This document shows, piece after piece, positions 41,801-56,200 of a stretch of DNA of 64,000 nt. The position numbers were made by a program, and so were the translations under genes. Location of the stretch: the NCBI RefSeq assembly GCF_009914755.1, contig NC_060931.1; one strand, given 5' to 3'. The notes below the pieces were generated by a model, which saw only the letters and a program-made list of their open reading frames with translations, did not search any database and had not been told where the DNA came from. Position 1 is the first letter of the stretch, and each line of letters starts with the position of its first letter. Source of the stretch: the human T2T-CHM13v2.0 reference genome, Homo sapiens.

Positions 41801-44800
41801 GTGGATATTTGGACCTCTTTGAGGCCTTCGTTGCAAACGGGGTTTCTTCCTTTAATGCTAGACTAAGAAGAGTTCTCAGTAACTTTTTTGTGTTGTGTGT
41901 ATTCAACTCACAGAGTTGAACCTTGCTTTAGAGAGAGCAGATTTGAAACACTCTTGCTGTGGAATTTTCAGGTGGAGATTTCAAGCGATTTGAGGACAAT
42001 GGCAGAAAAGGAAATATCTTCGTATAATAACCAGACAGAATCATTCTCAGAAAGTGCTTTGTGATGTGTGCGTTCAACTCACAGAATTTAACCTTTCTTT
42101 TCATAGAGGAGCTTGGAAACACACTGTAAAGTCTGCAATTGGATATATGGACCTGTTTGAGGCCTCCGTTGGAAACGGGATTTCTTCATTGAATGCTAGA
42201 CGGAAGAATTCTCAGTAAATTCTTTGTGTTGTGTGCATTGAACTCACAGAGTGGAACGTCCCTTTAGACAGAGCAGATTTGAAACACTCTTTTTGCGGAA
42301 TTTGCAAGTGGAGATTTCTAGCCATTTGATGTCAACAGTAGAAAGGGAAATATCTTCAAATAAAAACCAGACAGAATCATTCTCAGAAAATTCTTTGTGA
42401 TGTGTGCGTTCAACTCACATAGTTTAACCTTTCTTTTCATAGAGCAGTTTGGAAACACTCTGTTTGTAAAGTCTGCAAGTGGATATATGGACCGCATTGA
42501 GGCCTTCGTTGGAAACGGGATTTCTTCATTTCATGCTAGACAGAAGAATTCTCAGTAACTTCTTTGTGCTGTGTGTATTCAACTCACAGAGTGGAACGTC
42601 CCTTTGCACAGAGCAGATTTGAAACACTCTTTTTGTGGAGTTTACAAGTGGAGATTTCAAGCGATTTGATGCCAACAGTAGAAAAGGAAATATCTTCAAA
42701 TAAAAACTAGACAGAATCATTCTCAGAAACTACTTTGTGATGTGTGCCTTCAACTCACAGAGTTTAACCTTTCTTTTCTTAGAGCAGTTTAGAAACACTC
42801 TGCTTGTTATGTCTGCAAGTGGATATTTGGACCTCTTTGAGGCCTTCGTTGCAAACGGGGTTTCTTCCTTTAATGCTAGACTAAGAAGAGTTCTCAGTAA
42901 CTTTTTTGTGTTGTGTGTATTCAACTCACAGAGTTGAACCTTGCTTTAGAGAGAGCAGATTTGAAACACTCTTGCTGTGGCATTTTCAGGTGGAGATTTC
43001 AAGCGATTTGAGGACAATTGCAGAAAAGGAAATATCTTCGTATAATAACCAGACAGAATCATTCTCAGAAAGTGCTTTGTGATGTGTGCGTTCAACTCAC
43101 AGAGTTTAACCTTTCTTTTCATAGAGGAGTTTGGAAACACACTGTTTGTAAAGTCTGCAAGTGGATATATGGACCTGTTTGAGGCCTTCGTTGGAAACGG
43201 GATTTCTTCATTGAATGCTAGACGGAAGAATTCTCAGTAAATTCTTTGTGTTGTGTGCATTCAACTCACAGAGTGGAACGTCCCTTTAGACAGAGCAGAT
43301 TTGAAACACTCTTTTTGCGGAATTTGCAAGTGGAGATTTCTAGCCATTTGATGCCAACAGTAGAAAGGGAAATATCTTCAAATAAAAACCAGACAGAATC
43401 ATTCTCAGAAAATTCTTTGTGATGTGTGCGTTCAACTCACATAGTTTAACCTTTCTTTTCATAGAGCAGTTTGGAAACACTCTGTTTGTAAAGTCTGCAA
43501 GTGGATATATGGACCGCATTGAGGCCTTCGTTGGAAACGGGATTTCTTCATTTCATGCTAGACAGAAGAATTCTCAGTAACTTCTTTGTGCTGTGTGTAT
43601 TCAACTCACAGAGTGGAACGTCCCTTTGCACAGAGCAGATTTGAAACACTCTTTTTGTGGAGTTTGCAAGTGGAGATTTCAAGCGATTTGATGCCAACAG
43701 TAGAAAAGGAAATATCTTCAAATAAAAACTAGACAGAATCATTCTCAGAAACTACTTTGTGATGTGTGCCTTCAACTCACAGAGTTTAACCTTTCTTTTC
43801 TTAGAGCAGTTTAGAAACACTCTGCTTGTTATGTCTGCAAGTGGATATTTGGACCTCTTTGAGGCCTTCGTTGCAAACGGGGTTTCTTCCTTTAATGCTA
43901 GACTAAGAAGAGTTCTCAGTAACTTTTTTGTGTTGTGTGTATTCAACTCACAGAGTTGAACCTTGCTTTAGAGAGAGCAGATTTGAAACACTCTTGCTGT
44001 GGAATTTTCAGGTGGAGATTTCAAGCGATTTGAGGACAATGGCAGAAAAGGAAATATCTTCGTATAATAACCAGACAGAATCATTCTCAGAAAGTGCTTT
44101 GTGATGTGTGCGTTCAACTCACAGAATTTAACCTTTCTTTTCATAGAGGAGCTTGGAAACACACTGTAAAGTCTGCAATTGGATATATGGACCTGTTTGA
44201 GGCCTCCGTTGGAAACGGGATTTCTTCATTGAATGCTAGACGGAAGAATTCTCAGTAAATTCTTTGTGTTGTGTGCATTCAACTCACAGAGTGGAACGTC
44301 CCTTTAGACAGAGCAGATTTGAAACACTCTTTTTGCGGAATTTGCAAGTGGAGATTTCTAGCCATTTGATGCCAACAGTAGAAAGGGAAATATCTTCAAA
44401 TAAAAACCAGACAGAATCATTCTCAGAAAATTCTTTGTGATGTGTGCGTTCAACTCACATAGTTTAACCTTTCTTTTCATAGAGCAGTTTGGAAACACTC
44501 TGTTTGTAAAGTCTGCAAGTGGATATATGGACCGCATTGAGGCCTTCGTTGGAAACGGGATTTCTTCATTTCATGCTAGACAGAAGAATTCTCAGTAACT
44601 TCTTTGTGCTGTGTGTATTCAACTCACAGAGTGGAACGTCCCTTTGCACAGAGCAGATTTGAAACACTCTTTTTGTGGAGTTTGCAAGTGGAGATTTCAA
44701 GCGATTTGATGCCAACAGTAGAAAAGGAAATATCTTCAAATAAAAACTAGACAGAATCATTCTCAGAAACTACTTTGTGATGTGTGCCTTCAACTCACAG

Positions 44801-47200
44801 AGTTTAACCTTTCTTTTCTTAGAGCAGTTTAGAAACACTCTGCTTGTTATGTCTGCAAGTGGATATTTGGACCTCTTTGAGGCCTTCGTTGCAAACGGGG
44901 TTTCTTCCTTTCATGCTAGACTAAGAAGAGTTCTCAGTAACTTTTTTGTGTTGTGTGTATTCAACTCACAGAGTTGAACCTTGCTTTAGAGAGAGCAGAT
45001 TTGAAACACTCTCGCTGTGGCATTTTCAGGTGGAGATTTCAAACGATTTGAGGACAATTGCAGAAAAGGAAATACCTTCGTATAATAACCAGACAGAATC
45101 ATTCTCAGAAAGTGCTTTGTGATGTGTGCGTTCAACTCACAGAGTTTAACCTTTCTTTTCATAGAGGAGTTTGGAAACACACTGTTTGTAAAGTCTGCAA
45201 GTGTATATATGGACCTGTTTGAGGCCTTCGTTGGAAACGGGATTTCTTCATTGAATGCTAGACGGAAGAATTCTCAGTAAATTCTTTGTGTTGTGTGCAT
45301 TCAACTCACAGAGTGGAACGTCCCTTTAGACAGAGCAGATTTGAAACACTCTTTTTGCGGAATTTGCAAGTGGAGATTTCTAGCCATTTGATGCCAACAG
45401 TAGAAAGGGAAATATCTTCAAATAAAAACCAGACAGAATCATTCTCAGAAAATTCTTTGTGATGTGTGCGTTCAACTCACATAGTTTAACCTTTCTTTTC
45501 ATAGAGCAGTTTGGAAACACTCTGTTTGTAAAGTCTGCAAGTGGATATATGGACCGCATTGAGGCCTTCGTTGGAAACGGGATTTCTTCATTTCATGCTA
45601 GACAGAAGAATTCTCAGTAACTTCTTTGTGCTGTGTGTATTCAACTCACAGAGTGGAACGTCCCTTTGCACAGAGCAGATTTGAAACACTCTTTTTGTGG
45701 AGTTTGCAAGTGGAGATTTCAAGCGATTTGATGCCAACAGTAGAAAAGGAAATATCTTCAAATAAAAACTAGACAGAATCATTCTCAGAAACTACTTTGT
45801 GATGTGTGCCTTCAACTCACAGAGTTTAACCTTTCTTTTCTTAGAGCAGTTTAGAAACACTCTGCTTGTTATGTCTGCAAGTGGATATTTGGACCTCTTT
45901 GAGGCCTTCGTTGCAAACGGGGTTTCTTCCTTTAATGCTAGACTAAGAAGAGTTCTCAGTAACTTTTTTGTGTTGTGTGTATTCAACTCACAGAGTTGAA
46001 CCTTGCTTTAGAGAGAGCAGATTTGAAACACTCTTGCTGTGGAATTTTCAGGTGGAGATTTCAAGCGATTTGAGGACAATGGCAGAAAAGGAAATATCTT
46101 CGTATAATAACCAGACAGAATCATTCTCAGAAAGTGCTTTGTGATGTGTGCGTTCAACTCACAGAATTTAACCTTTCTTTTCATAGAGGAGCTTGGAAAC
46201 ACACTGTAAAGTCTGCAATTGGATATATGGACCTGTTTGAGGCCTCCGTTGGAAACGGGATTTCTTCATTGAATGCTAGACGGAAGAATTCTCAGTAAAT
46301 TCTTTGTGTTGTGTGCATTGAACTCACAGAGTGGAACGTCCCTTTAGACAGAGCAGATTTGAAACACTCTTTTTGCGGAATTTGCAAGGGGAGATTTCTA
46401 GCCATTTGATGTCAACAGTAGAAAGGGAAATATCTTCAAATAAAAACCAGACAGAATCATTCTCAGAAAATTCTTTGTGATGTGTGCGTTCAACTCACAT
46501 AGTTTAACCTTTCTTTTCATAGAGCAGTTTGGAAACACTCTGTTTGTAAAGTCTGCAAGTGGATATATGGACCGCATTGAGGCCTTCGTTGGAAACGGGA
46601 TTTCTTCATTTCATGCTAGACAGAAGAATTCTCAGTAACTTCTTTGTGCTGTGTGTATTCAACTCACAGAGTGGAACGTCCCTTTGCACAGAGCAGATTT
46701 GAAACACTCTTTTTGTGGAGTTTACAAGTGGAGATTTCAAGCGATTTGATACCAACAGTAGAAAAGGAAATATCTTCAAATAAAAACTAGACAGAATCAT
46801 TCTCAGAAACTACTTTGTGATGTGTGCCTTCAACTCACAGAGTTTAACCTTTCTTTTCTTAGAGCAGTTTAGAAACACTCTGCTTGTTATGTCTGCAAGT
46901 GGATATTTGGACCTCTTTGAGGCCTTCGTTGCAAACGGGGTTTCTTCCTTTCATGCTAGACTAAGAAGAGTTCTCAGTAACTTTTTTGTGTTGTGTGTAT
47001 TCAACTCACAGAGTTGAACCTTGCTTTAGAGAGAGCAGATTTGAAACACTCTTGCTGTGGCATTTTCAGGTGGAGATTTCAAGCGATTTGAGGACAATTG
47101 CAGAAAAGGAAATATCTTCGTATAATAACCAGACAGAATCATTCTCAGAAAGTGCTTTGTGATGTGTGCGTTCAACTCACAGAGTTTAACCTTTCTTTTC
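41100..47200 (+). repeat. Triplicated 2-HOR block (period 2040 bp) carrying a 4-bp deletion HOR
   Basis: ACACTGTAAA (versus ACACTGTTTGTAAA) at 42121, 44161 and 46201, with linked AGAATTTA, CAATGGC and CCTCCG. Confidence 0.85.
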
Positions 47201-50200
47201 ATAGAGGAGTTTGGAAACACACTGTTTGTAAAGTCTGCAATTGGATATATGGACCTGTTTGAGGCCTTCGTTGGAAACGGGATTTCTTCATTGAATGCTA
47301 GACGGAAGGAATCTCAGTAAATTCTTTGTGTTGTGTGCATTCAACTCACAGAGTGGAACGTCCCTTTAGACAGAGCAGATTTGAAACACTCTTTTTGCGG
47401 AATTTGCAAGTGGAGATTTCTAGCCATTTGATGCCAACAGTAGAAAGGGAAATATCTTCAAATAAAAACCAGACAGAATCATTCTCAGAAAATTCTTTGT
47501 GATGTGTGCGTTCAACTCACATAGTTTAACCTTTCTTTTCATAGAGCAGTTTGGAAACACTCTGTTTGTAAAGTCTGCAAGTGGATATATGGACCGCATT
47601 GAGGCCTTCGTTGGAAACGGGATTTCTTCATTTCATGCTAGACAGAAGAATTCTCAGTAACTTCTTTGTGCTGTGTGTATTCAACTCACAGAGTGGAACG
47701 TCCCTTTGCACAGAGCAGATTTGAAACACTCTTTTTGTGGAGTTTGCAAGTGGAGATTTCAAGCGATTTGATGCCAACAGTAGAAAAGGAAATATCTTCA
47801 AATAAAAACTAGACAGAATCATTCTCAGAAACTACTTTGTGATGTGTGCCTTCAACTCACAGAGTTTAACCTTTCTTTTCTTAGAGCAGTTTAGAAACAC
47901 TCTGCTTGTTATGTCTGCAAGTGGATATTTGGACCTCTTTGAGGCCTTCGTTGCAAACGGGGTTTCTTCCTTTCATGCTAGACTAAGAAGAGTTCTCAGT
48001 AACTTTTTTGTGTTGTGTGTATTCAACTCACAGAGTTGAACCTTGCTTTAGAGAGAGCAGATTTGAAACACTCTTGCTGTGGCATTTTCAGGTGGAGATT
48101 TCAAGCGATTTGAGGACAATTGCAGAAAAGGAAATATCTTCGTATAATAACCAGACAGAATCATTCTCAGAAAGTGCTTTGTGATGTGTGCGTTCAACTC
48201 ACAGAGTTTAACCTTTCTTTTCATAGAGGAGTTTGGAAACACACTGTTTGTAAAGTCTGCAAGTGGATACATGGACCTGTTTGAGGCCTTCGTTGGAAAC
48301 GGGATTTCTTCATTGAATGCTAGACGGAAGAATTCTCAGTAAATTCTTTGTGTTGTGTGCATTCAACTCACAGAGTGGAACGTCCCTTTAGACAGAGCAG
48401 ATTTGAAACTCTCTTTTTGCGGAATTTGCAAGTGGAGATTTCTAGCCATTTGATGCCAACAGTAGAAAGGGAAATATCTTCAAATAAAAACCAGACAGAA
48501 TCATTCTCAGAAAATTCTTTGTGATGTGTGCGTTCAACTCACATAGTTTAACCTTTCTTTTCATAGAGCAGTTTGGAAACACTCTGTTTGTAAAGTCTGC
48601 AAGTGGATATATGGACCGCATTGAGGCCTTCGTTGGAAACGGGATTTCTTCATTTCATGCTAGACAGAAGTATTCTCAGTAACTTCTTTGTGCTGTGTGT
48701 ATTCAACTCACAGAGTGGAACGTCCCTTTACACAGAGCAGATTTGAAACACTCTTTTTGTGGAGTTTGCAAGTGGAGATTTCAAGCGATTTGATGCCAAC
48801 AGTAGAAAAGGAAATATCTTCAAATAAAAACTAGACAGAATCATTCTCAGAAACTACTTTGTGATGTGTGCCTTCAACTCACAGAGTTTAACCTTTCTTT
48901 TCTTAGAGCAGTTTAGAAACACTCTGCTTGTTATGTCTGCAAGTGGATATTTGGACCTCTTTGAGGCCTTCGTTGCAAACGGGGTTTCTTCCTTTCATGC
49001 TAGACTAAGAAGAGTTCTCAGTAACTTTTTTGTGTTGTGTGTATTCAACTCACAGAGTTGAACCTTGCTTTAGAGAGAGCAGATTTGAAACACTCTTGCT
49101 GTGGCATTTTCAGGTGGAGATTTCAAGCGATTTGAGGACAATTGCAGAAAAGGAAATATCTTCGTATAATAACCAGACAGAATCATTCTCAGAAAGTGCT
49201 TTGTGATGTGTGCGTTCAACTCACAGAGTTTAACCTTTCTTTTCATAGAGGAGTTTGGAAACACACTGTTTGTAAAGTCTGCAAGTGGATATATGGACCT
49301 GTTTCAGGCCTTCGTTGGAAACGGGATTTCTTCATTGAATGCTAGACGGAAGAATTCTCAGTAAATTCTTTGTGTTGTGTGCATTCAACTCACAGAGTGG
49401 AACGTCCCTTTAGACAGAGCAGATTTGAAACACTCTTTTTGCGGAATTTGCAAGTGGAGATTTCTAGCCATTTGATGCCAACAGTAGAAAGGGAAATATC
49501 TTCAAATAAAAACCAGACAGAATCATTCTCAGAAAATTCTTTGTGATGTGTGCGTTCAACTCACATAGTTTAACCTTTCTTTTCATAGAGCAGTTTGGAA
49601 ACACTCTGTTTGTAAAGTCTGCAAGTGGATATATGGACCGCATTGAGGCCTTCGTTGGAAACGGGATTTCTTCATTTCATGCTAGACAGAAGAATTCTCA
49701 GTAACTTCTTTGTGCTGTGTGTATTCAACTCACAGAGTGGAACGTCCCTTTGCACAGAGCAGATTTGAAACACTCTTTTTGTGGAGTTTGCAAGTGGAGA
49801 TTTCAAGCGATTTGATGCCAACAGTAGAAAAGGAAATATCTTCAAATAAAAACTAGACAGAATCATTCTCAGAAACTACTTTGTGATGTGTGCCTTCAAC
49901 TCACAGAGTTCAACCTTTCTTTTCTTAGAGCAGTTTAGAAACACTCTGCTTGTTATGTCTGCAAGGGGATATTTGGACCTCTTTGAGGCCTTCGTTGCAA
50001 ACGGGGTTTCTTCCTTTCATGCTAGACTAAGAAGAGTTCTCAGTAACTTTTTTGTGTTGTGTGTATTCAACTCACAGAGTTGAACCTTGCTTTAGAGAGA
50101 GCAGATTTGAAACACTCTTGCTGTGGAATTTTCAGGTGGAGATTTCAAGCGATTTGAGGACAATTGCAGAAAAGGAAATATCTTCGTATAATAACCAGAC

Positions 50201-53200
50201 AGAATCATTCTCAGAAAGTGCTTTGTGATGTGTGCGTTCAACTCACAGAGTTTAACCTTTCTTTTCATAGAGGAGCTTGGAAACACACTGTTGGTAAAGT
50301 CTGCAATTGGATATATGGACCTGTTTGAGGCTTCCGTTGGAAACGGGATTTCTTCATTGAATGCTAGACGGAAGAATTCTCAGTAAATTCTTTGTGTTGT
50401 GTGCATTCAACTCACAGAGTGGAACGTCCCTTTAGACAGAGCAGATTTGAAACACTCTTTTTGCGGAATTTGCAAGTGGAGATTTCTAGCCATTTGATGC
50501 CAACAGTAGAAAGGGAAATATCTTCAAATAAAAACCAGACAGAATCATTCTCAGAAAATTCTTTGTGATGTGTGCGTTCAACTCACATAGTTTAACCTTT
50601 CTTTTCATAGAGCAGTTTGGAAACACTCTGTTTGTAAAGTCTGCAAGTGGATATATGGACCGCATTGAGGCCTTCGTTGGAAACGGGATTTCTTCATTTC
50701 ATGCTAGACAGAAGAATTCTCAGTAACTTCTTTGTGCTGTGTGTATTCAACTCACAGAGTGGAACGTCCCTTTGCACAGAGCAGATTTGAAACACTCTTT
50801 TTGTGGAGTTTGCAAGTGGAGATTTCAAGCGATTTGATGCCAACAGTAGAAAAGGAAATATCTTCAAATAAAAACTAGACAGAATCATTCTCAGAAACTA
50901 CTTTGTGATGTGTGCCTTCAACTCACAGAGTTTAACCTTTCTTTTCTTAGAGCAGTTTAGAAACACTCTGCTTGTTATGTCTGCAAGTGGATATTTGGAC
51001 CTCTTTGAGGCCTTCGTTGCAAACGGGGTTTCTTCCTTTAATGCTAGACTAAGAAGAGTTCTCAGTAACTTTTTTGTGTTGTGTGTATTCAACTCACAGA
51101 GTTGAACCTTGCTTTAGAGAGAGCAGATTTGAAACACTCTTGCTGTGGCATTTTCAGGTGGAGATTTCAAGCGATTTGAGGACAATGGCAGAAAAGGAAA
51201 TATCTTCGTATAAAAACCAGACAGAATCATTCTCAGAAAGTGCTTTGTGATGTGTGCGTTCAACTCACAGAGTTTAACCTTTCTTTTCATAGAGGAGTTT
51301 GGAAACACACTGTTTGTAAAGTCTGCAAGTGGATATATGGACCTGTTTGAGGCCTTCGTTGGAAACGGGATTTCTTCATTGAATGCTAGACGGAAGAATT
51401 CTCAGTAAATTCTTTGTGTTGTGTGCATTCAACTCACAGAGTGGAACGTCCCTTTAGACAGAGCAGATTTGAAACACTCTTTTTGCGGAATTTGCAAGTG
51501 GAGATTTCTAGCCATTTGATGCCAACAGTAGAAAGGGAAATATCTTCAAATAAAAACCAGACAGAATCATTCTCAGAAAATTCTTTGTGATGTGTGCGTT
51601 CAACTCACATAGTTTAACCTTTCTTTTCATAGAGCAGTTTGGAAACACTCTGTTTGTAAAGTCTGCAAGTGGATATATGGACCGCATTGAGGCCTTCGTT
51701 GGAAACGGGATTTCTTCATTTCATGCTAGACAGAAGAATTCTCAGTAACTTCTTTGTGCTGTGTGTATTCAACTCACAGAGTGGAACGTCCCTTTGCACA
51801 GAGCAGATTTGAAACACTCTTTTTGTGGAGTTTGCAAGTGGAGATTTCAAGCGATTTGATGCCAACAGTAGAAAAGGAAATATCTTCAAATAAAAACTAG
51901 ACAGAATCATTCTCAGAAACTACTTTGTGATGTGTGCCTTCAACTCACAGAGTTTAACCTTTCTTTTCTTAGAGCAGTTTAGAAACACTCTGCTTGTTAT
52001 GTCTGCAAGTGGATATTTGGACCTCTTTGAGGCCTTCGTTGCAAACGGGGTTTCTTCCTTTAATGCTAGACTAAGAAGAGTTCTCAGTAACTTTTTTGTG
52101 TTGTGTGTATTCAACTCACAGAGTTGAACCTTGCTTTAGAGAGAGCAGATTTGAAACACTCTTGCTGTGGAATTTTCAGGTGGAGATTTCAAGCGATTTG
52201 AGGACAATGGCAGAAAAGGAAATATCTTCGTATAATAACCAGACAGAATCATTCTCAGAAAGTGCTTTGTGATGTGTGCGTTCAACTCACAGAATTTAAC
52301 CTTTCTTTTCATAGAGGAGCTTGGAAACACACTGTAAAGTCTGCAATTGGATATATGGACCTGTTTGAGGCCTCCGTTGGAAACGGGATTTCTTCATTGA
52401 ATGCTAGACGGAAGAATTCTCAGTAAATTCTTTGTGTTGTGTGCATTGAACTCACAGAGTGGAACGTCCCTTTAGACAGAGCAGATTTGAAACACTCTTT
52501 TTGCGGAATTTGCAAGTGGAGATTTCTAGCCATTTGATGTCAACAGTAGAAAGGGAAATATCTTCAAATAAAAACCAGACAGAATCATTCTCAGAAAATT
52601 CTTTGTGATGTGTGCGTTCAACTCACATAGTTTAACCTTTCTTTTCATAGAGCAGTTTGGAAACACTCTGTTTGTAAAGTCTGCAAGTGGATATATGGAC
52701 CGCATTGAGGCCTTCGTTGGAAACGGGATTTCTTCATTTCATGCTAGACAGAAGAATTCTCAGTAACTTCTTTGTGCTGTGTGTATTCAACTCACAGAGT
52801 GGAACGTCCCTTTGCACAGAGCAGATTTGAAACACTCTTTTTGTGGAGTTTACAAGTGGAGATTTCAAGCGATTTGATACCAACAGTAGAAAAGGAAATA
52901 TCTTCAAATAAAAACTAGACAGAATCATTCTCAGAAACTACTTTGTGATGTGTGCCTTCAACTCACAGAGTTTAACCTTTCTTTTCTTAGAGCAGTTTAG
53001 AAACACTCTGCTTGTTATGTCTGCAAGTGGATATTTGGACCTCTTTGAGGCCTTCGTTGCAAACGGGGTTTCTTCCTTTCATGCTAGACTAAGAAGAGTT
53101 CTCAGTAACTTTTTTGTGTTGTGTGTATTCAACTCACAGAGTTGAACCTTGCTTTAGAGAGAGCAGATTTGAAACACTCTTGCTGTGGCATTTTCAGGTG

Positions 53201-56200
53201 GAGATTTCAAGCGATTTGAGGACAATTGCAGAAAAGGAAATATCTTCGTATAATAACCAGACAGAATCATTCTCAGAAAGTGCTTTGTGATGTGTGCGTT
53301 CAACTCACAGAGTTTAACCTTTCTTTTCATAGAGGAGTTTGGAAACACACTGTTTGTAAAGTCTGCAAGTGGATATATGGACCTGTTTGAGGCCTTCGTT
53401 GGAAACGGGATTTCTTCATTGAATGCTAGACGGAAGAATTCTCAGTAAATTCTTTGTGTTGTGTGCATTCAACTCACAGAGTGGAACGTCCCTTTAGACA
53501 GAGCAGATTTGAAACACTCTTTTTGCGGAATTTGCAAGTGGAGATTTCTAGCCATTTGATGCCAACAGTAGAAAGGGAAATATCTTCAAATAAAAACCAG
53601 ACAGAATCATTCTCAGAAAATTCTTTGTGATGTGTGCGTTCAACTCACATAGTTTAACCTTTCTTTTCATAGAGCAGTTTGGAAACACTCTGTTTGTAAA
53701 GTCTGCAAGTGGATATATGGACCGCATTGAGGCCTTCGTTGGAAACGGGATTTCTTCATTTCATGCTAGACAGAAGAATTCTCAGTAACTTCTTTGTGCT
53801 GTGTGTATTCAACTCACAGAGTGGAACGTCCCTTTACACAGAGCAGATTTGAAACACTCTTTTTGTGGAGTTTGCAAGTGGAGATTTCAAGCGATTTGAT
53901 GCCAACAGTAGAAAAGGAAATATCTTCAAATAAAAACTAGACAGAATCATTCTCAGAAACTACTTTGTGATGTGTGCCTTCAACTCACAGAGTTTAACCT
54001 TTCTTTTCTTAGAGCAGTTTAGAAACACTCTGCTTGTTATGTCTGCAAGTGGATATTTGGACCTCTTTGAGGCCTTCGTTGCAAACGGGGTTTCTTCCTT
54101 TAATGCTAGACTAAGAAGAGTTCTCAGTAACTTTTTTGTGTTGTGTGTATTCAACTCACAGAGTTGAACCTTGCTTTAGAGAGAGCAGATTTGAAACACT
54201 CTCGCTGTGGCATTTTCAGGTGGAGATTTCAAACGATTTGAGGACAATTGCAGAAAAGGAAATACCTTCGTATAATAACCAGACAGAATCATTCTCAGAA
54301 AGTGCTTTGTGATGTGTGCGTTCAACTCACAGAGTTTAACCTTTCTTTTCATAGAGGAGTTTGGAAACACACTGTTTGTAAAGTCTGCAAGTGTATATAT
54401 GGACCTGTTTGAGGCCTTCGTTGGAAACGGGATTTCTTCATTGAATGCTAGACGGAAGAATTCTCAGTAAATTCTTTGTGTTGTGTGCATTCAACTCACA
54501 GAGTGGAACGTCCCTTTAGACAGAGCAGATTTGAAACACTCTTTTTGCGGAATTTGCAAGTGGAGATTTCTAGCCATTTGATGCCAACAGTAGAAAGGGA
54601 AATATCTTCAAATAAAAACCAGACAGAATCATTCTCAGAAAATTCTTTGTGATGTGTGCGTTCAACTCACATAGTTTAACCTTTCTTTTCATAGAGCAGT
54701 TTGGAAACACTCTGTTTGTAAAGTCTGCAAGTGGATATATGGACCGCATTGAGGCCTTCTTTGGAAACGGGATTTCTTCATTTCATGCTAGACAGAAGAA
54801 TTCTCAGTAACTTCTTTGTGCTGTGTGTATTCAACTCACAGAGTGCAACGTCCCTTTACACAGAGCAGATTTGAAACACTCTTTTTGTGGAGTTTGCAAG
54901 TGGAGATTTCAAGCGATTTTATGCCAACAGTAGAAAAGGAAATATCTTCAAATAAAAACTAGACAGAATCATTCTCAGAAACTACTTTGTGATGTGTGCC
55001 TTCAACTCACAGAGTTTAACCTTTCTTTTCTTAGAGCAGCTTAGAAACACTCTGCTTGTTATGTCTGCAAGTGGATATTTGGACCTCTTTGAGGCCTTCG
55101 TTGCAAACGGGGTTTCTTCCTTTAATGCTAGACTAAGAAGAGTTCTCAGTAACTTTTTTGTGTTGTGTTTATTCAACTCACAGAGTTGAACCTTGCTTTA
55201 GAGAGAGCAGATTTGAAACACTCTCGCTGTGGCATTTTCAGGTGGAGATTTCAAACGATTTGAGGACAATTGCAGAAAAGGAAATATCTTCGTATAATAA
55301 CCAGACAGAATCATTCTCAGAAAGTGCTTTGTGATGTGTGCGTTCAACTCACAGAGTTTAACCTTTCTTTTCATAGAGGAGTTTGGAAACACACTGTTTG
55401 TAAAGTCTGCAATTGGATATATGGACCTGTTTGAGGCCTTCGTTGGAAACGGGATTTTATCATATAATGATAGACGGAAGAATTCTCAGTAAATTCTTTG
55501 TGTTGTATGCATTCAACTCACAGAGTGGAACGTCCCTTTAGACAGAGCAGATTTGAAACACTCTTTTTGCGGAATTTGCAAGTGGAGATTTCTAGCCATT
55601 TGATGCCAACAGTAGAAAGGGAAATATCTTCAAATAAAAACCAGACAGAATCATTCTCAGAAAATTCTTTGTGATGTGTGCGTTCAACTCACATAGTTTA
55701 ACCTTTCTTTTCATAGAGCAGTTTGGAAACACTCTGTTTGTAAAGTCTGCAAGTGGATATATGGACCGCATTGAGGCCTTCGTTGGAAACGGGATTTCTT
55801 CATTTCATGCTAGACAGAAGAATTCTCAGTAACTTCTTTGTGCTGTGTGTATTCAACTCACAGAGTGGAACGTCCCTTTACACAGAGCAGATTTGAAACA
55901 CTCTTTTTGTGGAGTTTGCAAGTGGAGATTTCAAGCGATTTGATGCCAACAGTAGAAAAGGAAATATCTTCTAATAAAAACTAGACAGAATCATTCTCAG
56001 AAACTACTTTGTGATGTGTGCCTTCAACTCACAGAGTTTAACCTTTCTTTTCTTAGAGCAGTTTAGAAACACTCTGCTTGTTATGTCTGCAAGTGGATAT
56101 TTGGACCTCTTTGAGGCCTTCGTTGCAAACGGGGTTTCTTCCTTTAATGCTAGACTAAGAAGAGTTCTCAGTAACTTTTTTGTGTTGTGTGTATTCAACT

